Source: a bacterium
GTDB taxonomy: Bacteria > Bacillota_I > Bacilli_A > RF39 > UBA660
Direction of reading: 5' to 3'
Length of the DNA stretch: 57,779 bases
NCBI GenBank assembly: GCA_014846175.1
Contig: RKAV01000062.1
Span: 1 to 57,779 of the forward strand
Under the pieces are notes generated by a model. That model was not told the DNA's origin and did not search any database. It worked only from the letters and a program-made list of their open reading frames with translations. Made by a program: the position numbers and the translations under genes. Below are positions 38,707 through 46,593 of this stretch, in pieces; the stretch's first letter is position 1, and each line of letters begins with the position of its first letter.

Positions 38707-38820
38707 ACATGATAGGTAGCTTTTACTATTTATCATGAGGTATAATCTACTGCTTTTTATGTAGATATACTTACCGAAACCCCCTGAAGTTCCCTCGAAA
38801 GAGGGAACGCTTTTTGTTTT
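38707..38820 (+). ncRNA. candidate small RNA or leader transcript (unknown family) whose 3' end is the IME integration site
   Basis: Sits between the promoter above and the GNRA-loop terminator TTCCCTC-GAAA-GAGGGAA plus T-run (38790-38820). Internal hairpins CATGATA...TATCATG and ATCTAC...GTAGAT. No ORF with an SD. Confidence 0.35.
38780..38789 (+). repeat. putative att core copy 1 (CCCCCTGAAG)
   Basis: An identical 10-mer recurs at 50167-50176, each time immediately followed by a GAAA-loop terminator hairpin and T-run, about 130 bp (copy 1) or about 95 bp (copy 2) from the 3' end of an integrase gene. Confidence 0.55.
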
Positions 38821-38851
38821 ATAAGGCTTTCTGAGGTTTTTAATTTTTTCT

Positions 38852-38892
38852 AGATACCAAGCCAGATACCAAAAACCTTTTTTCAGATACCA
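38852..38892 (+). repeat. three direct AGATACCA repeats (putative Int-1 arm-type sites)
   Basis: AGATACCA at 38852, 38864 and 38885, between the core and the int-1 stop codon. Confidence 0.5.
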
Positions 38893-38916
38893 AATTTATT
38901 TTTTATTTAAGTTTAT

Positions 38917-40035
38917 TTAAATACCTAGATTTAAATTATCTATGGTATTTTTTACATTAGTAAGATTATTTGGAAACATGTGAGCATAAGTATCTAATGT
39001 TTCTTTAGTACTAGCATGTCCTAAATACTTAGATACAGTTGTTACTGGTTGACCAGTATTAATTAATAATGATGCACAACTATGCCTAAAAGAGTGTAGT
39101 GGAATTCTTCTAATATTAGCACTTTCAGCAATTCGCTTATTTATTCTATGCATCATTCCAAATGTTAGTGGATCTAATTCTCCAAAGATAAACCATTTTT
39201 CATTAAATCCGTAGTATTTCTTTTTATCATTATAAAGATTTACTAAATCATTGTATAAGACATCGGTAAGAGGTAATGTTCTAATACTTTTAGAAGTTTT
39301 AGGTGGAGTTAATTCATAATATTTTTGGCTATCTTTAACGCTATTAGCTTGTTTAGTAATAGATACTAACTTATTATTCCAATCTATATCAGACCATTGG
39401 AGACCTCTTGCTTCGCCTCTACGTAATCCACAATAATATAACATTTCAAACATTGCTTTATCATTTAGATTGGTAGTTCCTGTGATATATTTTTGGAATT
39501 TCTCAAATGTGTAAACATCTTTTTCCACTTTCATTTCATTAGGGTCTTTAAAGAACTCTATTTTTTTATAAAATTTCATTAGATTGATATCATACATTTT
39601 CATTCCCCAATTAAGAATAATCTTAAGAAATTTTTGAACATCATTTCTAGTAGAACATTTAATAGGTTTATTCCATAAGTCTTGTTGGAACTTATGATAT
39701 AGATTCCCATCCATATCTTTTAGTTTAACATTCTCAAAATCAGCAAAATATCTTCTTCTTTTTAAATATGTTTCCATTGTTCTTCTTCTAACTTTATTTT
39801 TTTGAGATTCGATATATTGGTCGGTTAGAGTACCAAATGTCATATCCATATATCCACCAAATTCTACTTTACTATTTAAAAACTCTCTTTCAGCATTCAT
39901 AGCATCTAATTTAGTTTTATATGCTTTAGAAAAACTTTTTTTCCATTTTCCGTTTTTATCTTTTTCATTCCAATAATATTTATATTTACGACCATCTTTA
40001 GTCCATTGATTCTTAGGTAATTTATATATTCCCAT
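38917..40035 (-). CDS. int: tyrosine site-specific integrase (IME-1)
   Basis: N-terminal arm-binding-type segment (WTKDGRKYKYYW). Catalytic region GLRRGEARGL...HSFRHSCASLLI...GHASTKETLDTYAHMF has the R..H-x-x-R..Y pattern. SD AGGAGG. Confidence 0.9.
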   Translation of the reverse strand: MGIYKLPKNQWTKDGRKYKYYWNEKDKNGKWKKSFSKAYKTKLDAMNAEREFLNSKVEFGGYMDMTFGTLTDQYIESQKNKVRRRTMETYLKRRRYFADFENVKLKDMDGNLYHKFQQDLWNKPIKCSTRNDVQKFLKIILNWGMKMYDINLMKFYKKIEFFKDPNEMKVEKDVYTFEKFQKYITGTTNLNDKAMFEMLYYCGLRRGEARGLQWSDIDWNNKLVSITKQANSVKDSQKYYELTPPKTSKSIRTLPLTDVLYNDLVNLYNDKKKYYGFNEKWFIFGELDPLTFGMMHRINKRIAESANIRRIPLHSFRHSCASLLINTGQPVTTVSKYLGHASTKETLDTYAHMFPNNLTNVKNTIDNLNLGI

Positions 40036-40122
40036 ATTTCATTCCTCCTTTTTTGTTGGGATTTATAAATATACCAGTTCGTAACGATTATATTTTATCA
40101 TACAAACTACGAATATTTATAA

Positions 40123-41502
40123 TCATCTCTCAAAATCATCACGTGATTTATTTTTATTTAAATGTTGTTTTGCTTTATCGATAGCAAAGTCAGGATCATT
40201 AGCTTGATGCCAATTATATGGAATATGAAGTACATCTAATAATTTTGTAGTTAAAGAGTATATTTTGTTTTGAATCGTAATTTTAAAATTATTAAATTCT
40301 TCAGTTAATTCTTGAAATTTATTTTTCCAAAATCCTATTTCTTTATTTTTATTTTCAATAATTTCTTTTTGACTATCAATAATTTTCTTTTGATTAATAT
40401 AAGTCTCTCCTGATTTAAAGTTATTAACTTCTTGAGTCAAAGTTTTAATTTCTAAATCCTTTTTAATATTATCTTCAGCAAGTTCTTTTGAGTAAGCAGA
40501 TAGATTATCTATATCTTCATCTTTATATTGTTTTAAAATACCTTTTTTAATAGGATTTAAGATATCTTTAGATGTTTCTATATCAACTTTATCAATAAAC
40601 TTGTTTTCGGTTTTATTTGCCTCTTTTAATAGTTTGTTTTCATTTTTGATTTCTCGATTTAAAGCATTTAACTCAATTTGTTGTTTCATAGCATTAGTTA
40701 AATGAGTTTTATCTTCACCAATTTCTCCTCTAAATAGATTGAATCCTTTAGATTTGATAAATTCATTATAATCATCTTGGAGTAGAGTATAAGATGCATT
40801 ACCACCTTTTTGTTTCCAAAATTGATCTGAATTTAGAAATTTACCTTTAACAGTTTCATAAATATTTTTACCATTCTTATCTTTCTTTTGAATAGGTACT
40901 AATTTCTTTTCTCCTTTTTTATTAGTTATTTCGTGTTTTAATTGATGACCATTTTCATCTAACTCAAATACTTTTCTCTTAACAACATTCACTACTGGAG
41001 TGAAATATATATGCATATGTGGTGTAGATTCATCAAGATGTATTGCTGCATATCTTATATTTTCACTACCTACATATTCTTTAATAAAGTTTAAACTTTC
41101 ATCAAAGAACTTTTTTATTTCGGTTGGTAAATTATGATTTTCATCTATGACTACATGTCTAATAGGCTGACCTGCCTTATCGCCAGTTTTATAAAATTCT
41201 CCGGTATCTTTAAATTCCATTCCATAGTGTTCGAAGAATTCTTGACCACTTGTTATTATTAAACCATTCAATACTTTTGTACTTTTCTTATTTGGATTAT
41301 AGTTTATATTGTTTGAATAAAGATAATCAAAAGTTGAACTAGCTAGAGTAGGACCATCATAATTTATTAATTCTATATTATAAGGAGTTCTAGTGTTATC
41401 ATATTTACCAGAACCTTTTCTTTCTTTTAATTCTTTATCTATTCCACCAATATCTGATGCTTTAAATTTTTCTAATCGTAGTGCTTGTTTTCCTGAGTAC
41501 AT
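40123..41502 (-). CDS. mob: MobV-family relaxase (Mob/Pre plasmid recombination enzyme)
   Basis: N-terminus RLEKFKASDIGGIDKE and HLDESTPHMHIYFTPVV (HxDExxPHxH) are Mob_Pre signatures. Coiled-coil C-terminus. Confidence 0.85.
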   Translation of the reverse strand: MYSGKQALRLEKFKASDIGGIDKELKERKGSGKYDNTRTPYNIELINYDGPTLASSTFDYLYSNNINYNPNKKSTKVLNGLIITSGQEFFEHYGMEFKDTGEFYKTGDKAGQPIRHVVIDENHNLPTEIKKFFDESLNFIKEYVGSENIRYAAIHLDESTPHMHIYFTPVVNVVKRKVFELDENGHQLKHEITNKKGEKKLVPIQKKDKNGKNIYETVKGKFLNSDQFWKQKGGNASYTLLQDDYNEFIKSKGFNLFRGEIGEDKTHLTNAMKQQIELNALNREIKNENKLLKEANKTENKFIDKVDIETSKDILNPIKKGILKQYKDEDIDNLSAYSKELAEDNIKKDLEIKTLTQEVNNFKSGETYINQKKIIDSQKEIIENKNKEIGFWKNKFQELTEEFNNFKITIQNKIYSLTTKLLDVLHIPYNWHQANDPDFAIDKAKQHLNKNKSRDDFER

Positions 41503-41543
41503 TTATTTTGACCTCCTTTCAATGATTGTTTTAAAATAATACT

Positions 41544-41598
41544 CTATCTCACTAGGGCATAATATATGCCCAACCGTGAGCTAAGGAATATTCCTTAG
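41544..41598. other. candidate oriT region of IME-1
   Basis: Lies directly upstream of mob. CTATCTCACTAGGGCATA is conserved with IME-2, followed by palindromes GGGCATAATATATGCCC and CTAAGGAATATTCCTTAG. Confidence 0.4.
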
Positions 41599-41756
41599 AA
41601 TCCTTTATGCTTGTAATAGCTAGAACCAATACCTAATAAATAGGTAAAGGCATTCGCTATCACAAGATTAATTAAACGATATACTATATCATTTAATTAA
41701 TGGATAATGAATTCACTATCGCCACTTCCAACCTTACAGGTTAGAACGTGCCTCGT

Positions 41757-42707
41757 TCATTCATTATTTTCAGAAGGTTCTTCATAAGAACAATGCCATA
41801 ATCTCTCATTAGCAGTTCTTTTACTTGTTATATGAAGACCTTCTTTCTCCAACAAACTTAGGTTTCTTTGAATTAAACCTCCAAGTTGTGTTGGTGTTAA
41901 TAAAATATTTGTTTTAGATAAGATATCTGATATAGTGTAATCAAAATCTTTCTTAGCAACTGCATATTTTATAAATAGTAGTAGATTATAATCAGTTTCA
42001 TCGTCAGTGTTTTCATCTATAACACTAAATGTTTGATTTTCATTTCTTTTTAAATTCAATTCTAATCTACTAAAATCTCTACCTTTATAATCTAAAGTTA
42101 GTTTATTACAATTACTTTTTGATTCTTTTAATTTCATAATTCCAGATGCATCAGCAGTTAGTCTGACACTACCCATAATTCCATTACTTTTATTTAAGTG
42201 ATGTGTAACAAATAATGTACAGTTATATTTTCTACATATTTCTTTAAACTTTTTAAATACAACATTATTTATTTCCTGATAATCGTTTTGATTATAGTTA
42301 CTATCAAATTTAATGTCTTTAAACATATCAATTATTACGAATAATGGTTTTTTATCAAAGGTTAATTCATGAATATCTCTTTCTATATCTCTGATATAAA
42401 AATCTGGAATATCATCTATATCTATAATGTGTAATTTATCTACATTAGGGTTCAAATTCATTAATTTAAATCGGTCTTGTAATTGATTTATGTCGCCCTC
42501 TGTGGTAATATATAAGACATGAGAGGGATTTACTTTGAATCCTAAAAAATCTTCTCCAGTAGTAAGAGAGAAGGCAAGTTGCTGAGCAAACATTGACTTG
42601 CCAACCTTAGGATGAGATACAAGTAGATAAACTCCATTTGATATCATTAGGTTTTCGACGATGATATCTTTTTTTATGCTTTTATTTACTTCGTTTATTT
42701 GTTTCAA
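41757..42707 (-). CDS. RecA-like AAA ATPase (RepA / AAA_25-like) of the IME backbone
   Basis: Walker A SHPKVGKS, Walker B-like LFVIIDMF, and THHLNK typical of the RepA/DnaB-C-like fold. TTG start with SD AAGGAG. Confidence 0.7.
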   Translation of the reverse strand: MKQINEVNKSIKKDIIVENLMISNGVYLLVSHPKVGKSMFAQQLAFSLTTGEDFLGFKVNPSHVLYITTEGDINQLQDRFKLMNLNPNVDKLHIIDIDDIPDFYIRDIERDIHELTFDKKPLFVIIDMFKDIKFDSNYNQNDYQEINNVVFKKFKEICRKYNCTLFVTHHLNKSNGIMGSVRLTADASGIMKLKESKSNCNKLTLDYKGRDFSRLELNLKRNENQTFSVIDENTDDETDYNLLLFIKYAVAKKDFDYTISDILSKTNILLTPTQLGGLIQRNLSLLEKEGLHITSKRTANERLWHCSYEEPSENNE

Positions 42708-42722
42708 TTTGTATCTCCTTTC

Positions 42723-42974
42723 TTACATGTTTTTAATTAATTGTTTACTAGAAACTCTAGATTCTAAATAAGAAATATCTATATCAAAGAATGCTACAAC
42801 TTCTTTAGTTGGTACAACAGACTTTGGAATTAGATAACCTTGCTTTTCTAATTTGTCTTTTATTTTCTTTTTAGCCTTTAGTGCAGAATTCCTACCAAGA
42901 TGTCCAAGTTTCATAATATCTTCTAGAGTGCACCATTGCTTAGCTACTAAATTTAATGTTTCTTCTGCAGTCAT
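42723..42974 (-). CDS. small HTH protein, excisionase / DUF3173-like (tentative)
   Basis: 83 aa, conserved with the 78-aa IME-2 protein (MTAEETL..V.KQWC.LED.MK...GRNSALK.K..IKDKL.KQGY..PK.VVP.KEVV...DI.I.YLESRV). Confidence 0.5.
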   Translation of the reverse strand: MTAEETLNLVAKQWCTLEDIMKLGHLGRNSALKAKKKIKDKLEKQGYLIPKSVVPTKEVVAFFDIDISYLESRVSSKQLIKNM

Positions 42975-42992
42975 ATTTTTATCTCCTTTCCT

Positions 42993-43247
42993 TTAATCTT
43001 TTTGTGGTGATACATAAATGTAATAAGTATCATCAAGTGAATTATAGATAATATATTTTTTCTTTCTTAATTCTCTAAATGCCAGTGCAACATCTTTTCT
43101 ACTATCATTACTAAGAGAGTAGAGGTCAGTATTTTCAAGTTCTTCATTAGTTCTAACTAATAGAGAATTAAGCATACTAGTTGTTCCGATAGATAAATCT
43201 TTAGGAATAATAAATTCTTCAATATTATCTTTCTTAAATAATCTCAT
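42993..43247 (-). CDS. hypothetical small protein (IME-1 only)
   Basis: ORF with SD AGGAGA. No counterpart in IME-2. Confidence 0.4.
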   Translation of the reverse strand: MRLFKKDNIEEFIIPKDLSIGTTSMLNSLLVRTNEELENTDLYSLSNDSRKDVALAFRELRKKKYIIYNSLDDTYYIYVSPQKD

Positions 43248-43271
43248 ATTCACATTCTCCTTTCTTATCAG

Positions 43272-43371
43272 TGTCCGACATTAAGGACAATTCAAATATA
43301 ACATTGTCCGAGAATACTGTCAATACAATTTGGCCGAAAAACTAGACATTTAAACAAAAATGTGGTAAAAT
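43272..43371. promoter_or_regulatory. divergent switch region of IME-1: operator-like TGKCCGA repeats and XRE promoter
   Basis: TGTCCGA at 43272 and 43305, TGGCCGA at 43331. Promoter is TAGACA-17 nt-TAAAAT with TG extension (43343-43371). Confidence 0.45.
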
Positions 43372-43411
43372 CAAATTATTGAGAGAAAAAAGGGGAGAAA
43401 GAAGTGTTATT

Positions 43412-43942
43412 ATGAACTCAGAAGAACTTAAAAATTTAATTGAATCAGCAAGAGAGGTTAAAGGTATTTCACAAAGAGAACTAGCTAAATTAACAGGTAT
43501 TAGTAGAAGTACTTTAAATGATTTAATTAATGGAAAAATAAAAAAAGTAGATATTGATGATCTACGTAAAATTGCAGAAACTTTAGATATGTCATTACAA
43601 AAGCTATTAAAAGCTTCTGGTTATGATGAAATGTCTTTATATTTTCATGCTCATAAAAATAAGGATAAATATGCTGATAAGTCTAGTAAAGATTTAAAAG
43701 AATTAATTGAACAATATAAAGAATCAGAAACGGATTTATTACAATTTGATTTTACTAAAAGAGAAAATGCTAGAAAAGCATCATTTATAATTTTTGAAGT
43801 AGCAGAACACTTGACTTTACTTAAAGATGGTAAAAGTAAATACACTTTAGAACAAGCAATAGAAGAATTAAATAAAGCACAAGAATTACTTAATCCAATT
43901 ATGGATAAGTATGATTATAAAAAATTACCAAAGAAAGATTAG
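43412..43942 (+). CDS. XRE-family regulator with about 110-aa C-terminal extension (IME-1)
   Basis: ISQRELAKLTGISRSTLNDLINGK HTH. Start chosen by alignment with the IME-2 paralogue. Conserved C-terminal end DKYDYKKLP. Confidence 0.75.
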   Translation: MNSEELKNLIESAREVKGISQRELAKLTGISRSTLNDLINGKIKKVDIDDLRKIAETLDMSLQKLLKASGYDEMSLYFHAHKNKDKYADKSSKDLKELIEQYKESETDLLQFDFTKRENARKASFIIFEVAEHLTLLKDGKSKYTLEQAIEELNKAQELLNPIMDKYDYKKLPKKD

Positions 43943-43957
43943 TTAAGAGGTGTTGCA

Positions 43958-45373
43958 ATGCGAATAGGAATAGATATAGATAATGTTCTATCTAATTTTA
44001 ATGATGTATTATTAAACGAATATAAGAAACATGATAATGCAATAAATGGCAAAGGTATAGTTCATCAAGATTTATATATTAGAAATATGTTTAATTGGGA
44101 TAAAGAATATGAAAAAAATTTTTACAAAGAAAATATTGAGTATTTTGCAAGCCTATTTGAACCGATTGAAGAATGTTCTAAATATGTAAAATTATTAAAA
44201 GAAGAAGGAAATACAATTTATATCATTAGTGGTCGAGATAATGGTGAATATTCTAACCCATATAAAATGACCATTGATTGGTTAAAAAAATATGATATTG
44301 TTTATGATAAATTATTTTTGGTAGATGCTTATAATAGTCATTCAAAAACAGAAATATGTATAGAATACAATATTGATGTAATGATAGATGATTCTAAAAG
44401 AATGTGTAAGGACATAAAGGATAATGGTATTAGAGCATTACTTATGGATACACCATATAATAGAGATACAAATGAATTTGAAAGAGTTAATTCATGGAAA
44501 GAAATTTATAACAAATTATCTAATAAAAAAATTAATGTGATACTTGATACAGATACTTATAATGAATGTGATGACCAATTTGCATTAGCCTATTTAATTA
44601 AGTCACAAGATATGTTTAATATTGAGGCAATTACAGTAGCACCATATTCTCATACAAAAAGAGATGTAAAAGTAATAGATGGACAAGAGTTGAGTTATAA
44701 TGAAATTTTAAAAATATGTAATTGGTTAAATTTTGATACCATTGATAAAGTATTTAAAGGATCAATGGACTATATTCAAAATGGATATGATGAAAATAAT
44801 GATGCAGTAAATAAAATAATTGAAGTGGCGCTTAAAAACGATAAAACCTATATATTAGGAATTGGAGCTATAACTAATATTGCTTTAGCTATAAAAAAAG
44901 AACCTAAGATAATTGATAGAATAGAAATCATTTGGTTAGGTGGAAATGAAATAGAATATAAAGATAATTTAGAATATAATTTCAAACAAGATATAGAGGC
45001 TGTAAAAATAGTGTTTGATTCTACAGTGAAAATGACTATACTACCTTGCAAAAATGTAGTATCAGATTTAAGAATAGATATAGCTGAATTAAAAAGTAAA
45101 TTAGATAATAGGAAAGAATTAAATAAATATTTAATTGAGAGATTTTATAATGATGGATATCATGGAATACAAGAAACAAGAGTAATATGGGATATATCAG
45201 TAATAGCATATATGATAAATAAAAATTGGTTTGAAACAGAAAAAATTAGTTGTCCCAATATCAAGGAAGATAGTTCTTATGAATTAACTGATAATAGACA
45301 TAGTATAACTTTTGTAACTAAATTAGATAGAGATAGAATATATGAAGATTTATTTAGAAAGTTAGGAGTATGA
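43958..45373 (+). CDS. fusion protein: NT5C-type 5'(3')-deoxyribonucleotidase (HAD) N-terminal domain plus inosine-uridine-type nucleoside hydrolase-like C-terminal domain
   Basis: N-terminus MRIGIDIDNVLSN (HAD motif I DxDxV), IISGR, MIDD. From aa ~192, NVILDTDTYNECDDQFALAYL resembles the IUNH DxDxxxDD Ca-binding motif with two extra residues. Later GIGAITNIALA. Confidence 0.65.
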   Translation: MRIGIDIDNVLSNFNDVLLNEYKKHDNAINGKGIVHQDLYIRNMFNWDKEYEKNFYKENIEYFASLFEPIEECSKYVKLLKEEGNTIYIISGRDNGEYSNPYKMTIDWLKKYDIVYDKLFLVDAYNSHSKTEICIEYNIDVMIDDSKRMCKDIKDNGIRALLMDTPYNRDTNEFERVNSWKEIYNKLSNKKINVILDTDTYNECDDQFALAYLIKSQDMFNIEAITVAPYSHTKRDVKVIDGQELSYNEILKICNWLNFDTIDKVFKGSMDYIQNGYDENNDAVNKIIEVALKNDKTYILGIGAITNIALAIKKEPKIIDRIEIIWLGGNEIEYKDNLEYNFKQDIEAVKIVFDSTVKMTILPCKNVVSDLRIDIAELKSKLDNRKELNKYLIERFYNDGYHGIQETRVIWDISVIAYMINKNWFETEKISCPNIKEDSSYELTDNRHSITFVTKLDRDRIYEDLFRKLGV

Positions 45374-45376
45374 ATT

Positions 45377-45985
45377 ATGAAATTAACAAGCGATGAAGCA
45401 TTAAAACTAATTGAAAAAGAAAGAAATGAAACATCAAATGAACGATGGATAAATCATTCTATTTGTGTTGGTAATGCTGCAGGTAAAATAGCAGAAGCAT
45501 TAAATTTGAATATAGATTATGCAAAAACCTTAGGATATATTCATGATATTGGCAAAAAATTTAAGTATGATGAAAAAGGTGTATTTCCACATGCAATGAA
45601 TGGATATAAATATATTAAATCATTAGGATATGACGAGGATTATGCAGGAATTTGTATTAAACATTCATTTTTAAATAATGATATAGATTGTATTTCAAAC
45701 GATCGTGATGAAACAGATAAAAGTAATGAAAATTATGATTTTGTAAAACAGTATATAAGTAAAGAATATTCCATATATGAAAAAATTATAAATCTTTGCG
45801 ATTTAATGTGTACTACAAAAGTTTTAACAGTGGATAAAAGAATGATAGATTTGTTATATAGACATGGTGTCTATGCTAAAACACATTATCATATAGAAGA
45901 AACTATTAAATTGAAGGAATATTTTGATAATTTATTAGGATACAATTTATATGATTTGTTTTCTGAGATAAAAGAAAATTTGTAG
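45377..45985 (+). CDS. HD-domain phosphohydrolase (202 aa)
   Basis: INHSICVGNAAGKIAE...LGYIHDIGK carries the H...HD metal-binding signature. Similar in size to the YfbR-type 5'-deoxynucleotidases. Confidence 0.6.
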   Translation: MKLTSDEALKLIEKERNETSNERWINHSICVGNAAGKIAEALNLNIDYAKTLGYIHDIGKKFKYDEKGVFPHAMNGYKYIKSLGYDEDYAGICIKHSFLNNDIDCISNDRDETDKSNENYDFVKQYISKEYSIYEKIINLCDLMCTTKVLTVDKRMIDLLYRHGVYAKTHYHIEETIKLKEYFDNLLGYNLYDLFSEIKENL

Positions 45986-45993
45986 GTGATGTT

Positions 45994-46593
45994 ATGCGAA
46001 TAGGAATAGATATAGATGGCGTATTAACCGACATAGAACAATGGCAGTTAGATTATGGAAGTAAGTTTTATTTTGAAAAATATAATAAACAAATATTAGA
46101 TAATGAAGGCTATGAAACAACTGATATATTTAAAGTTGATAGTAAATTAGATGATGAGTTTTGGACTGAATATTTCAAAGATTATTCGATAAATGTTGAT
46201 GTTAGAAAATTGGCTAGCGAGGTAATTAAAAAACTAAAACAGGATGATAATGAAATTTATATTATTACCGCAAGAGGTAGTTTTTTATCACATTCTGCAA
46301 ATGTAATGCTTTTTGAAGAAAATAAAAATATTGTTTTAGAGTGGCTTAGAAAAAATGAAATTGAGTATGACAAAATAATATTTAGTCCAGAAGATAAACT
46401 TAGTATATGTATAGAAAATAATATTGATGTAATGATAGAAGATAAAGTTGATAACATAAATAAAATATCATCTAGAATTCCAGTTATATGTTTTCATGCA
46501 GGATATAACAAAAATTGTATTGGTGATAATATTATTAGATGTTATAGTTGGTATGACATATATAGTAAAATAAATAAAATGGTTCAAAAATGA
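45994..46593 (+). CDS. NT5C-type 5'(3')-deoxyribonucleotidase-like HAD protein
   Basis: MRIGIDIDGVLTD (DxDxV), IITAR, MIEDK. Paralogous to the N-terminal domain of the 471-aa protein. Confidence 0.6.
   Translation: MRIGIDIDGVLTDIEQWQLDYGSKFYFEKYNKQILDNEGYETTDIFKVDSKLDDEFWTEYFKDYSINVDVRKLASEVIKKLKQDDNEIYIITARGSFLSHSANVMLFEENKNIVLEWLRKNEIEYDKIIFSPEDKLSICIENNIDVMIEDKVDNINKISSRIPVICFHAGYNKNCIGDNIIRCYSWYDIYSKINKMVQK

Noticed and set aside
38700-38825. T-box or known riboswitch identity for the recG-downstream leader-like RNA
   Set aside because: I could not find the conserved T-box motif or any riboswitch core I recognise by eye, and no regulated gene follows. It is kept only as an unclassified candidate RNA.
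38852-38892. CRISPR-like array (repeated AGATACCA and similar short repeats)
   Set aside because: The repeats are only 8 nt with 4-13 nt spacers and no cas genes. They fit integrase arm sites. No CRISPR array was seen anywhere in the window.
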